Origin: Myxococcota bacterium
Lineage (GTDB): Bacteria; Myxococcota_A; UBA9160; UBA6930
DNA: 64,000 bases
Assembly: GCA_965223705.1 (NCBI GenBank)
Contig: OZ245015.1
Span: 3,072,001 to 3,136,000, forward strand
Direction: 5' to 3'
A program made the position numbers and the translations under genes. The notes below the pieces were generated by a model. It ran no database searches. It was not told where the DNA came from and saw nothing but the letters and a program-made list of their open reading frames with translations. Every line of letters begins with the position of its first letter. Positions within the stretch are counted from its first letter, which is position 1. Below, piece after piece: positions 19,398 to 28,427 of the stretch.

Positions 19398-20347
19398 GAA
19401 TCGTCCTCTCCACGGTCGTCGACGCGGGCGTCGGGAGCTTTGTCGAGCTCGGCCAACTCGCCGAAAACCATGGTTTCGCAGCCGTCCTGGTGAATGAAGG
19501 GCGCGGCGACGCGCTCGCTTGCAGTCAGGCGATCGCGGAGAACACCGAGCGGATCCGCGTCGGCACGAACATCGCGAACATCTACTTCCGCCATCCCTAC
19601 CTGGCCGCGCACACCTCGGCGACGATCGCAGATCTCTCGGGTGGGCGGCTGGTGTTGGGCCTCGGCGTCAGTCACCGCCCTCTCCTCGAGTCTCTCGGAA
19701 TCGATATGGGAGATCCGCGGGAGACCCTTCGGAACTACGCGGACACGGTGCGGCGCGTGTTGGCCGGCGAGAAGGTCGCGCGGCTCTTCGAGGGAAAGGC
19801 TGCGAAGCATCCGGTACCGGTGCTCCTCGCCTCGCTCACGGTCGAAAGTGCGGCGGTGGCTGGCGAGGTCTCCGACGGGTTGATGCCCTTCTTGCCGACG
19901 CGCGACTACATCGGCGTTCTGCGGACGGCGGCGGCGGAAGCGGCGAAAGCGAGCGGACGCGGCGATCCGGATCTCGACTGCATTGTCAGCATCCCGACCT
20001 TCCTCTCAGACGACGAAGACGCCGCACGATCTGCCGCGCGCTACAACCTCGCGTTCTTCGCGCAGCTGCCGTTCTACCGACGGCAGTGGCGACGCTGCGG
20101 TTTCGACGCTGCCGTCGATGCGCTCGGGGCGGCGTGGGAAAAGCGGGATCGAAAGCAAGCCGCAGCGTGTGTCCCGGATGCGCTGGTCGAACAGGTATGC
20201 GTCTTCGGGAGTGCCGACCAGTGTCGCGATCAGCTCGCGGCGTTTCACGAAGCGGGCGCGCTGATGCCCGTTCTCGCTGTGAGTCCGGTGAACGAAGATC
20301 GTCTGAGTGCGACCCGTCGCGCGATCGAAGTTCTCGCCCCGAAGTAG
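19385..20347 (+). CDS. Luciferase-like (LLM) oxidoreductase, possibly F420-dependent
   Basis: TERIRVGTNIANIY.RHP, LSGGRLVLGLGVSH. Confidence 0.9.
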   Translation: MHPLGIVLSTVVDAGVGSFVELGQLAENHGFAAVLVNEGRGDALACSQAIAENTERIRVGTNIANIYFRHPYLAAHTSATIADLSGGRLVLGLGVSHRPLLESLGIDMGDPRETLRNYADTVRRVLAGEKVARLFEGKAAKHPVPVLLASLTVESAAVAGEVSDGLMPFLPTRDYIGVLRTAAAEAAKASGRGDPDLDCIVSIPTFLSDDEDAARSAARYNLAFFAQLPFYRRQWRRCGFDAAVDALGAAWEKRDRKQAAACVPDALVEQVCVFGSADQCRDQLAAFHEAGALMPVLAVSPVNEDRLSATRRAIEVLAPK

Positions 20348-20363
20348 CGAAGGAGGAGCACTC

Positions 20364-21053
20364 GTGAGCGATCGACTGTTCAGCAATGAAGAGCTGCGCC
20401 AGATGGAGCAGAGAAGTCTCGATCGGCTCCTCGAAGCGATCGACGGTGGCAACCTCGACGAGGCGCGCTCGGTCGCCAAGCGGATGTACAACGAGTTCGA
20501 GGCCATGCACGACCTCTACCGCGACTGGATCGCCGCCACCCTCTCCTCGATCGGGCGGCGGCACGGCGACGAGGAGCTCGAGGCGGTCATGGAGGAAGGC
20601 GTCCGGGATTGGTGGGGGCCCTTCTCGAAGACCCTCGGACGAGGCGATCGAAGCAACTTGGCAAAGCGGGTCCGTATGTTTGTCGCCGGGCTTCGGGGGC
20701 ACCTGCAGCCCATGCACATCGAAGAAGACGACGAAAAGATCGTCATTCAAATGCGGCCGTGCGGCAGCGGGGGGCGGCTGGTTCTCGAAGGGCGCTACGA
20801 AGGTCCGGACGCGCTACTGCAGATCGAGGGCGCGCAAACGCTCACCTACGGCCGAGACAGCTTCCCCGTCTACTGTGCCCACGAGCCGCCGATGGAGCAG
20901 GTCTCGATCGACGACAACGGACACCCGTTCGTGATCGTCGAGCCGGCCCACGAGATCGGGCGCGAGCACTGCTCCTTCCTGATCTACAAAGATCCCGAGC
21001 GGATTCCCGAGCGCTACTTCGAACGCGTCGGCCGGACGAAACCGACGGGCTAG
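20364..21053 (+). CDS. Hypothetical protein with Cys/His motifs (PCGSGGR, YCAHE, HC)
   Basis: AGGAGGAG RBS and GTG start 16 bp after the LLM stop; globular composition. Confidence 0.75.
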   Translation: MSDRLFSNEELRQMEQRSLDRLLEAIDGGNLDEARSVAKRMYNEFEAMHDLYRDWIAATLSSIGRRHGDEELEAVMEEGVRDWWGPFSKTLGRGDRSNLAKRVRMFVAGLRGHLQPMHIEEDDEKIVIQMRPCGSGGRLVLEGRYEGPDALLQIEGAQTLTYGRDSFPVYCAHEPPMEQVSIDDNGHPFVIVEPAHEIGREHCSFLIYKDPERIPERYFERVGRTKPTG

Positions 21054-23185
21054 CGACCGCCCGTCAGGTTCGAAACGCTGAACAGCCGGCGCACTTTCGA
21101 AGCCTTCATCTCGGGGACATGGATGTCGAAGCCCCACGTCACCATGCTGCGCATTTCCTGGAGATTCATCCCGATGCTCGAACGCCATTCCGTGACGGTC
21201 TCGGCGGGATCGTCGTTCGGCTTGCCGCCGGGCCAGTTGTAGATCGTGTAGAAGATCTTCAGCAACCGGTCGTTTCGATCGAAGATGACGTTCGCCGCGA
21301 CGTTGAACGTCTGCGCGTCGAAGAACGTGAGCTTGCGCCCGTACGGGTGCTTGTCGTAGAGCGGCCGCGACTCGACGACGTGGCAACGGCGCAGCTGCCA
21401 TTGATCGTTCGGGATGTGGCTCTGGGGGCCGAAGAACTTCGAGTGGGCGTGCTTCGAATCGGTCACGTAGAGCACGTCCTTCTGGCCGATGTACTTCCAG
21501 TCGTAGTCGAGAATCCGGCCCGAGAAGCCTTCGAAATCGTCCATCGTCATTTCGGACCCGACGAAGCTGTCCGAACGTTCCTTCGCCGACAAGCGCCGTA
21601 CGCGACGCTCGGTGGGGAGATAGGAATTCACCTGATCGGGCTCTCGCGGATCGCGGAATCGCTCGAAAACGAACGCCATCCCGCGCATGTCGAACGGTTC
21701 CGTGAACTGCATCCAGTCTTTGAAATGCTGCGCGTCGGCGTCGGCGACGTCGATGGCATAGTCGTCGAGAGACGCCACGTGGCTCAAATAGACGCGCTGG
21801 TACTGCACGACGAGCGTGCGCTCGACGTTGCCTCCGCCTTGCAAGACGTCCCGCTCGAGCCGACCGCGCGGATTGGCCTCTCCAGCGGCGATGTACGCCA
21901 TCGGGATCGAGTCGCTGCGATATCCGGTGAACTGCCAGCGGTAGACGTTGTTCCAAGCCGCCATGTAGCCGCCGTCCCGCGGCGAAGCGGAGACGATGCG
22001 GTCTTCGGAAAACGGACGGCCGGCCACGTAGTTCTGGATCGCTCCGTCGGCCGCGAGCTCGGTTTGTGGGCCGTACTGCAACGTGGCGTCGCGGAAGCTC
22101 GCGTGGGGCGCCAGGTCGAGCGTCGGTTGGATTTCAAGGACCACGTCGTCGAACACGAACTGCTCGTAGAATCCGGGCGGCACGAACGGGCGGATTTTTT
22201 CGATATCCGCGCGCCGGATGTAGTCACCAGCGCCAAATTGCGGCTGCGCGCCGCGGTTGCGTTTCACCCAGTCCAAGACGTCTGCGTACGTGTAACCCGA
22301 AGTTCCGGGGGCTCCGGCTGTCGGATCCGCCGTGGGGAGCGCGGCGACCTGCACGGGTTCCGGCGCCCGCTCCGACGCAGCGACCTGCACGGGTTCCGGC
22401 GCCCGCTCCGACGCGGCGACCTGCACGGGTTCCGGCGCCCGCTCCGACGCAGCGACCTGCACGGGTTCCGGCGCAGCGACCGGGGCGGGTACGGGAGCCG
22501 GCTCCGACACTGCCGCGACGGGCGCGGGCGACGGCTCGGGGGCCCGCACTTCCGGCGCCGGCGGCACTTCAACCTCGCGGGGAAGCGGGAGCGGCGGAGG
22601 CTCCGCGGCCGCGAGGGATTCCGGCTCGCGGGAAGGCGCGATCTGCTGTTGCGGCGTCGGTGAGGGCGCAGGGGGTGTCGCGTTTGCCTGAGGCGCCGCG
22701 CTCTTCCGGCTCGGGGCGGCGGCCACCTTGAACGTCAGGTCACCGCGCAGGTCCCGCGCGGCCTGCTTCAGAACGTCGCCGATCAGCAAGGCGACGCCTC
22801 GATCGGTTCGGACGAGTTTTGCGCCGCGCAGCTGGTTCGCGTCGAACCCCGCGTCCACCACCCAACGCACTTTGTCCGCGTGCTCCCCAAAGCGCAGCGC
22901 CCCGACTTCGGGCGTGCCGATCTGGAGGCGATGCGTCTTGAGGGCGCTCTTTGCGCCGTAGAAATCGACGACCAGACGGGGCGGATTGTCGAGGTGAAGC
23001 GGCGCTGTGTGGGACAGCTCGCCATCGAGCCAGACCTCGATCACGGTCCCGTTGGACCCGATCGTCGTCCGAACGGCCTCGAGCGTCGTCGCCCCGGCGG
23101 CCGGAGCGGTGCACAGGGCGCCGATGACGAGGGTGGCAAGGACGCGTCGAAGCTTGGCGACGAGCGCAGAGGGGGGGATCTGCAC
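21050..23185 (-). CDS. AMIN domain + Pro/Ala-rich repeat linker + DUF1329-like secreted protein
   Basis: Signal peptide; LDNPPRLVVDF and VRWVVD (AMIN); YVAGRPF, YLPTERRVRRL, DDFEGFSG (DUF1329/LolA-like); GGAGG RBS. Confidence 0.8.
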   Translation of the reverse strand: MQIPPSALVAKLRRVLATLVIGALCTAPAAGATTLEAVRTTIGSNGTVIEVWLDGELSHTAPLHLDNPPRLVVDFYGAKSALKTHRLQIGTPEVGALRFGEHADKVRWVVDAGFDANQLRGAKLVRTDRGVALLIGDVLKQAARDLRGDLTFKVAAAPSRKSAAPQANATPPAPSPTPQQQIAPSREPESLAAAEPPPLPLPREVEVPPAPEVRAPEPSPAPVAAVSEPAPVPAPVAAPEPVQVAASERAPEPVQVAASERAPEPVQVAASERAPEPVQVAALPTADPTAGAPGTSGYTYADVLDWVKRNRGAQPQFGAGDYIRRADIEKIRPFVPPGFYEQFVFDDVVLEIQPTLDLAPHASFRDATLQYGPQTELAADGAIQNYVAGRPFSEDRIVSASPRDGGYMAAWNNVYRWQFTGYRSDSIPMAYIAAGEANPRGRLERDVLQGGGNVERTLVVQYQRVYLSHVASLDDYAIDVADADAQHFKDWMQFTEPFDMRGMAFVFERFRDPREPDQVNSYLPTERRVRRLSAKERSDSFVGSEMTMDDFEGFSGRILDYDWKYIGQKDVLYVTDSKHAHSKFFGPQSHIPNDQWQLRRCHVVESRPLYDKHPYGRKLTFFDAQTFNVAANVIFDRNDRLLKIFYTIYNWPGGKPNDDPAETVTEWRSSIGMNLQEMRSMVTWGFDIHVPEMKASKVRRLFSVSNLTGGR
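22341..22474. repeat. Intragenic 36-bp tandem repeat, about 3.7 copies, encoding (PEPVQVAASERA)n
   Basis: Unit GC(G/A)GCGACCTGCACGGGTTCCGGCGCCCGCTCCGAC at 22341, 22377, 22413 and partial 22449; no spacers. Confidence 0.97.
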
Positions 23186-23348
23186 GAAAACCTCCGAGAT
23201 CACTGTCCCGATCGGGTTTGATCGCCGCACACACGCAGCTGTGCGTCGATCGATCACCCGTTTCGGGCGCGTCGAGGGTAGCATTGGCGACCGGTGCAGA
23301 GAGAACTGAACCGATCGCCTCTTAGAAAAGCGCAAGGAGAAGCACGCA

Positions 23349-23804
23349 ATGGCGGGAAAATACTTCGAAGAACTCGAGATCGGGTCAATTTACCAACATG
23401 AGCCCGGAAGAACGGTCATGGAGGCAGACAACCTCCTGTTTACGACCATGTCCATGAATCCCCAGCCGCTCCACCTCGATGCGGAGTTCGCCGGGAAAGC
23501 ACAGTTCGGTCAGATCCTCGTCAATAGCTGCTTCACCTTGAGCGTGGTGGTCGGCCTTTCCGTCGGTGAGCTCACCCTCGGTACGACCGTCGGCAACCTG
23601 GGCTTCGACGAAGTGCGTTTTCCAAACCCGGTTTTCATCGGCGACACGATTCGCGTCGAGACCGAGATCACGGCGAAGCGCGAATCCAAGTCCCGTCCCC
23701 AGTGGGGCATCGTGACCTTCCTACACCGGGGGACGAACCAGCGCGACGAGATCGTCTGTACCTGCGTGCGCAACGGCATGATGTTGCGCCAGCCCGAGGC
23801 CTAG
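23349..23804 (+). CDS. MaoC-family (R)-specific hydratase
   Basis: GKYFEEL.IG, MNPQPLHLD, FPNPVFIGDT. Confidence 0.93.
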   Translation: MAGKYFEELEIGSIYQHEPGRTVMEADNLLFTTMSMNPQPLHLDAEFAGKAQFGQILVNSCFTLSVVVGLSVGELTLGTTVGNLGFDEVRFPNPVFIGDTIRVETEITAKRESKSRPQWGIVTFLHRGTNQRDEIVCTCVRNGMMLRQPEA

Positions 23805-23805
23805 C

Positions 23806-24699
23806 ATGACCCTGCGCCGCTCCTGCCATTTCGTTCCCGGAGCGAACGAAAGAATGCTCCTGAAATCGATCGACGGTGCCGCCGACTCGTTGGTGCTCGA
23901 TCTCGAAGACGCGGTCACCCCCGACAACAAAGCGTCGGCGCGCGCGACCGTCGCCGGCTGGCTTCGCGATGCGGATTTCCGCGGCAAGGAACGCGTGGTG
24001 CGGATGAACCCGATCGGCACCGAGTGGGGACGTGCCGACGTCGAAGAGACGATGGTCGACCCGCCGGACGCTTATCTCGTCCCCAAGGTGAACAGCGCGG
24101 ACGAGCTCCACGAACTCGACCGGCGGATCCTCGCCGAAGAGCAGCGTTACGGGCATCGCGCTCGCAGTGTTTCGCTTCTCGTCCTCGGGACCGAGACGCC
24201 CTTGGGAACCTTGAACATCCGCCAGCTGCCGTTTTGCCCTCGCGTCGACGCGCTCACCTGGGGTGCGGAAGACTTGTCGGCGGCGATCGGCGCGCGTCGC
24301 AACCGCGACGCGTCGGGCGCCTACCTCGATGTGTTCGCGTACGGCCGGGTGATGACCCTGCTCGCCGCGACGGCCGCGCGGGTACAACCGCTCGACACCG
24401 TATTCGTCGATTTCCGAAACCTCGAAGGTCTGGCCAACGAGTGCGACGAGGCCGCGGCCGTTGGCTTCACCGGGAAGATGACGATCCACCCGACCCAGAT
24501 CGATGTCGTGAATCGAGCGTTCAGCCCCAGCGACGAAGAAATCGCCGAGAGTCGCGAGCTTCTCGAGCTCGCGGAAGAGAAGCGTGCCGAGGGACTGCAG
24601 GCGTTTACGTTCCGAGGCCAAATGGTCGACGTGCCACACATCGCGCGGGCCGAGCGAACGCTGGCTTTTGCCGAGGAGCTGAAGAAGCTGGGGGCTTAG
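23806..24699 (+). CDS. CitE/HpcH-family CoA-ester lyase
   Basis: RRSCHFVPG, LDLEDAV, VVRMN, WGAEDL, GFTGKMTIHP.Q, GQMVDVPH. Confidence 0.93.
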   Translation: MTLRRSCHFVPGANERMLLKSIDGAADSLVLDLEDAVTPDNKASARATVAGWLRDADFRGKERVVRMNPIGTEWGRADVEETMVDPPDAYLVPKVNSADELHELDRRILAEEQRYGHRARSVSLLVLGTETPLGTLNIRQLPFCPRVDALTWGAEDLSAAIGARRNRDASGAYLDVFAYGRVMTLLAATAARVQPLDTVFVDFRNLEGLANECDEAAAVGFTGKMTIHPTQIDVVNRAFSPSDEEIAESRELLELAEEKRAEGLQAFTFRGQMVDVPHIARAERTLAFAEELKKLGA

Positions 24700-24727
24700 C
24701 GGGCCGCTGCGCGTTGGACCGAGGTCG

Positions 24728-24844
24728 GGCCGGGGCAGGTGGGGCACCGTGCTCAAACATCCTCGCGCCGGCGAGGCAACCAGGTCGCTTCGGACGAGTT
24801 AGCGGCGCTGCGGAACTGCGCGCGGTGCCCCACCTGCCCCGGCC
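24728..24844. mobile_element. 117-bp MITE/REP-like element with 22-bp perfect terminal inverted repeats
   Basis: GGCCGGGGCAGGTGGGGCACCG (24728-24749) and its exact reverse complement (24823-24844), each flanked by TCG; lies between convergent genes. Confidence 0.55.
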
Positions 24845-24873
24845 TCGCGACGCCCTGCTCACCCCGGGGATTT

Positions 24874-25566
24874 CTATGGCACGCGGAGGGACAGGCGGGT
24901 CAACGCGATGTTTCCCGAGAAGCACACGTCGACGTCGCTTCCCGCCTCGCGCGGACGCCCGTGGTAGTCGCCGTCCCACTCGAATTGCTGGTCGCTCCGC
25001 CGGTAGCGAACGAGCATCGGACTCGGATCGAGCGGCGCTTCGACGATGGCGCAGTCTTCGCTCGGGTCCTCGGGATGCGGGAGATTGGCGTTCCAATACG
25101 CGTGCGCGTCCTGGCGCCGCTCGAGCACCGCTTCGATCACGCGAGCGGCTCGGCGCGCGGTGGCTTCCCAGTCGAGCGCAAGCCCCCGGGCGATGTACTG
25201 CGAGACGGCCAGCGCGGGATAGCCGAGGAGCGCCGCCTCGCGAGTCGCCGCGAGGGTCCCGGACGTGTACGCGTCGGCGCCCAGGTTCCCGCCGGCGTTG
25301 ATGCCCGAAACAACCCAGTCCGCGTCCGGTGCGATTTCGAGTAGCGCGACCCGGGCGCAATCCGCGGGTGTCCCGGACAGCGAATACCGATCGACGCCGT
25401 GCTCGCGAAGTTCGAGCGGTTGTTTCGTCGTCACGGCGTGACCGACCCCGCTTTGCGGCCCGTGCGGCGCGACCATGACGACGCGCCCGAACTCCGCACA
25501 GACCCGCACGAGCGCCTGCATCCCCGGGGCGTCGAAACCGTCATCGTTCGTAACCAGGATCTTCAT
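24874..25566 (-). CDS. surE: 5'/3'-nucleotidase SurE
   Basis: ILVTNDDG, QSGVGH, SGTPADC, VSGINAGGNLG, YTSGT. Confidence 0.96.
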   Translation of the reverse strand: MKILVTNDDGFDAPGMQALVRVCAEFGRVVMVAPHGPQSGVGHAVTTKQPLELREHGVDRYSLSGTPADCARVALLEIAPDADWVVSGINAGGNLGADAYTSGTLAATREAALLGYPALAVSQYIARGLALDWEATARRAARVIEAVLERRQDAHAYWNANLPHPEDPSEDCAIVEAPLDPSPMLVRYRRSDQQFEWDGDYHGRPREAGSDVDVCFSGNIALTRLSLRVP

Positions 25567-25671
25567 GCGTGCGGACCTGAGCGTCGCCAAACGTCGGGAT
25601 TCCGCAAGCGCGGGGCGGTTTGGTCGGGGCCCATCGCTTCGTGCATACTGAGCCGCCGTGGAGAACACGCC

Positions 25672-26436
25672 ATGAACCGACGACTCGACGACAAAGGGAT
25701 CTTGATCACGGGGGCCGGGAGCGGCATCGGCCGCGCGACAGCCCTCTGCTGTGCGAATCACGGCGCGCGCCTGGCCTTAGCGGATATCGACACGGCGGGA
25801 TGTGAGGAGACCTGTTCGCAGGTTGCAGCCGCCGGCGGAACCGCGACGGCGCTTCGCGTGGATGTCTCAGACGGTGCGAGTGTCGAGGCGATGGTGCGCG
25901 ACGCGGAAAAAGCGCTCGGCTCCCTCGACGGCGCCTTCAACAACGCGGGCGTCGAGGGCCAGTCGACGCGCCGGATCACGGACTGGGACGAGGAAGCCTT
26001 CGATCGGACCATCGCCATCAACCTGAAGGGCGTCTGGCTCTGCATGAAGTTCGAGATCGACGCCATGCGAAAGAGCGGCGGCGGATCGATCGTGAATACC
26101 GCCTCCGTCGCCGGATTGATTGCTCTGAAGGGTGGCGGTGCCTACGCCGCGAGCAAACACGGTGTCGTCGGGCTCGGAAAGACGGCGGCGCTCGAGTTCT
26201 CCGCGAAAGGTGTTCGCGTGAACACCGTCTGTCCCGGGGTAATCGAAACGCCGATGGTCGGCCGGCTGCTCGATGACGCCGGCATCTCGACGGATTTCTT
26301 CGTCCAGAAGGAGCCGATCGGACGCTTGGGTCGACCCAGCGAGATCGGAGATGCCGTCGCCTGGCTGCTCTCCGAAGACGCGTCTTTCGTCACCGGTGTC
26401 GCCCTGCCCGTCGACGGCGGCATGGTGGCCGAGTAG
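25672..26436 (+). CDS. Short-chain dehydrogenase/reductase
   Basis: TGAGSGIG, NNAG, YAASK, VDGG. Confidence 0.95.
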   Translation: MNRRLDDKGILITGAGSGIGRATALCCANHGARLALADIDTAGCEETCSQVAAAGGTATALRVDVSDGASVEAMVRDAEKALGSLDGAFNNAGVEGQSTRRITDWDEEAFDRTIAINLKGVWLCMKFEIDAMRKSGGGSIVNTASVAGLIALKGGGAYAASKHGVVGLGKTAALEFSAKGVRVNTVCPGVIETPMVGRLLDDAGISTDFFVQKEPIGRLGRPSEIGDAVAWLLSEDASFVTGVALPVDGGMVAE

Positions 26437-26445
26437 GAAAACGCT

Positions 26446-27225
26446 GTGACACAGAAACATGACATGGTCCGGGGACTGATCGACAAAACCATTCTCATCA
26501 CCGGAGCTGCCGGGGGAATCGGACGGGCCACGGCCCTTTGCTGCGCGAGCGCCGGCGCTTCATTGATGTTGTCCGACGTAAACGCCGACGGTTGCGGTGA
26601 GACCGCCGAGCGCGCAACCGAGCTCGGCGCGACGGTCCACACCGCGGCCTGCGATGTGAGCCAGGCAGCATCGGTCGAAAAGCTCGTCGCGGATACCGTC
26701 GCCCGCTTCGGGCGAATCGACGGCGCGTTCAACAACGCCGGTGTCGAAGGCGACACGGCGAACACGGTGCGCTGGACCGAGGAGGCCTTCGACCGGACGA
26801 TCGCGATCAATCTCAAGGGTGTCTGGTTGTGCATGAAGTACCAGATCCCCGCGATGCTCGCGTCTGGCGGCGGCTCGATCGTGAACACCGCGTCGGCCGC
26901 GGGACTGGTCGGGAGTCGCGGTCTCTCCGGTTATGCGGCGAGCAAGCACGGGGTCGTCGGGCTCTCGAAAGTCGCGGCCGTCGAGTTCTCGCGTAAAGGC
27001 GTCCGGGTCAATGCGGTGTGTCCGGGCATGATCGACACGCCGATGCTCGACCGTCTGCTCTCATTCGTGAAGGTCCCGAAAGAGACGACCCTCCTCCAGC
27101 AGCCCATCGGTCGTTTCGGCGAACCCGAAGAGATCGGCGAAGCCGTGGCGTGGTTGCTGTCCGACGCCGCTTCGCTCGTCACGGGCGTCGCGATGCCCGT
27201 CGACGGTGGCATGACTGCCCAGTGA
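26446..27225 (+). CDS. Short-chain dehydrogenase/reductase, tandem paralog of the preceding gene
   Basis: TGAAGGIG, NNAG, YAASK; long blocks identical to 25672-26436. Confidence 0.95.
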   Translation: MTQKHDMVRGLIDKTILITGAAGGIGRATALCCASAGASLMLSDVNADGCGETAERATELGATVHTAACDVSQAASVEKLVADTVARFGRIDGAFNNAGVEGDTANTVRWTEEAFDRTIAINLKGVWLCMKYQIPAMLASGGGSIVNTASAAGLVGSRGLSGYAASKHGVVGLSKVAAVEFSRKGVRVNAVCPGMIDTPMLDRLLSFVKVPKETTLLQQPIGRFGEPEEIGEAVAWLLSDAASLVTGVAMPVDGGMTAQ

Positions 27226-28427
27226 CGGACACTCCGGCGCTCGAGGGAATCCGTGTCCTCGACCTCGCAACGTTCATTTCGGCGGGTTTTTGCGGAACGA
27301 TTCTCGCCGAGTTCGGCGCCGAGGTGATCAAGGTCGAGCAACCCGGAGTCGGCGATCCGCTCCGCAAGTTCGGCACCGAGACGCCGGCTGGGGACTCGCT
27401 CGTCTGGCTCACGGAGGCGCGCAACAAGAAGTCGATCACCATCGACCTGCGCCGCGAGGAAGGCGCGCAGCTTCTCAAGCGCCTCGTCGAAAAATCGGAC
27501 GTTCTGCTCGAGAATTTTCGACCGGGCACGCTCGAGCGTTGGGGGCTCGGCTGGGACGACATCAGGACCGTCAACCCCGGCCTGGTCATGCTTCGAATCA
27601 GCGGTTACGGGCAGACGGGACCGAAAGCCGCCGAACCGGGATTCGCCCGCATCGCCCACGCCTTTAGCGGCTTGTCCTACCTCGCCGGAACCCCGGAGAG
27701 CGGACCACTCATGCCCGGTTCGACGAGCCTGGCCGACTACGCATCCGGAACCTACGGCGCCCTCGGCGTATTGCTGGCGCTCCGGGCGAAGGAGCGGAGT
27801 GGACGTGGCCAATACATCGACCTCGCTCTCTACGAGCCGACCTTTCGCTATCTGGACGAGATGGCATCGGCCTACGCCTACAACGGGACCGTACGCGAGC
27901 GGATGGGCGCCGATACCGTCAACGTCGTACCCCACAGCCACTACGCGACGCGCGACCACAAGTGGGTCGCCATTGCGTGCACCAGCGACAAGATGTTTGC
28001 GCGACTCGCCGAAGCGATGGAGACGCCAGGGCTCGCGGACCCCGATCGATGGGGAAAGGTCGCCACCCGACTCGCCGCGCGGGAGGAAGTCAACCGCGTG
28101 GTCTCGGATTGGACGGGGAGCCTGACGCAAGACGAAGTGCTCGCTCGGTGCCGCAAGGCCTCGGTACCCGCCGGTCCCATCCACTCCGTTGCAGACATCT
28201 TCGAGGACGCCCACTACGCAGAACGCGGCAACCTCGTGCCGATGGCAGACGAACGCTTACCGGAGCCCGTGATCACGCCGTCCGTCGTTCCCCGACTTTC
28301 GGAAACGCCGGGTGAAATCCATCACCTGGGGCCCAGTCTCGGCGAACATTGCGAGGAAATTCTCGAAGGGCTCTTGGGGTTGTCCGCCGAGAAGGTTCGC
28401 GAACTGCGCGAACAGCGCGTTATCTGA
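27222..28427 (+). CDS. CaiB/BaiF family III CoA-transferase
   Basis: LEGIRVLDL, GAEVIKVEQPG.GDPLR, RNKKSITIDL, ISGYGQTGP; GTGA overlap. Confidence 0.95.
   Translation: MTDTPALEGIRVLDLATFISAGFCGTILAEFGAEVIKVEQPGVGDPLRKFGTETPAGDSLVWLTEARNKKSITIDLRREEGAQLLKRLVEKSDVLLENFRPGTLERWGLGWDDIRTVNPGLVMLRISGYGQTGPKAAEPGFARIAHAFSGLSYLAGTPESGPLMPGSTSLADYASGTYGALGVLLALRAKERSGRGQYIDLALYEPTFRYLDEMASAYAYNGTVRERMGADTVNVVPHSHYATRDHKWVAIACTSDKMFARLAEAMETPGLADPDRWGKVATRLAAREEVNRVVSDWTGSLTQDEVLARCRKASVPAGPIHSVADIFEDAHYAERGNLVPMADERLPEPVITPSVVPRLSETPGEIHHLGPSLGEHCEEILEGLLGLSAEKVRELREQRVI

Noticed and set aside
22341..22474. 36-bp repeats as a CRISPR array
   Set aside because: Units are head-to-tail with no spacers, lie in frame within a CDS, and no cas genes are present
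24755..24800. Resemblance to the HDV ribozyme (TCCTCGC...GCCGGC..GGCAAC), SRP RNA or 6S RNA
   Set aside because: The HDV P3 helix cannot form, the SRP GGAA-loop/AGCAG motif is absent, and no 6S-type central bubble is evident
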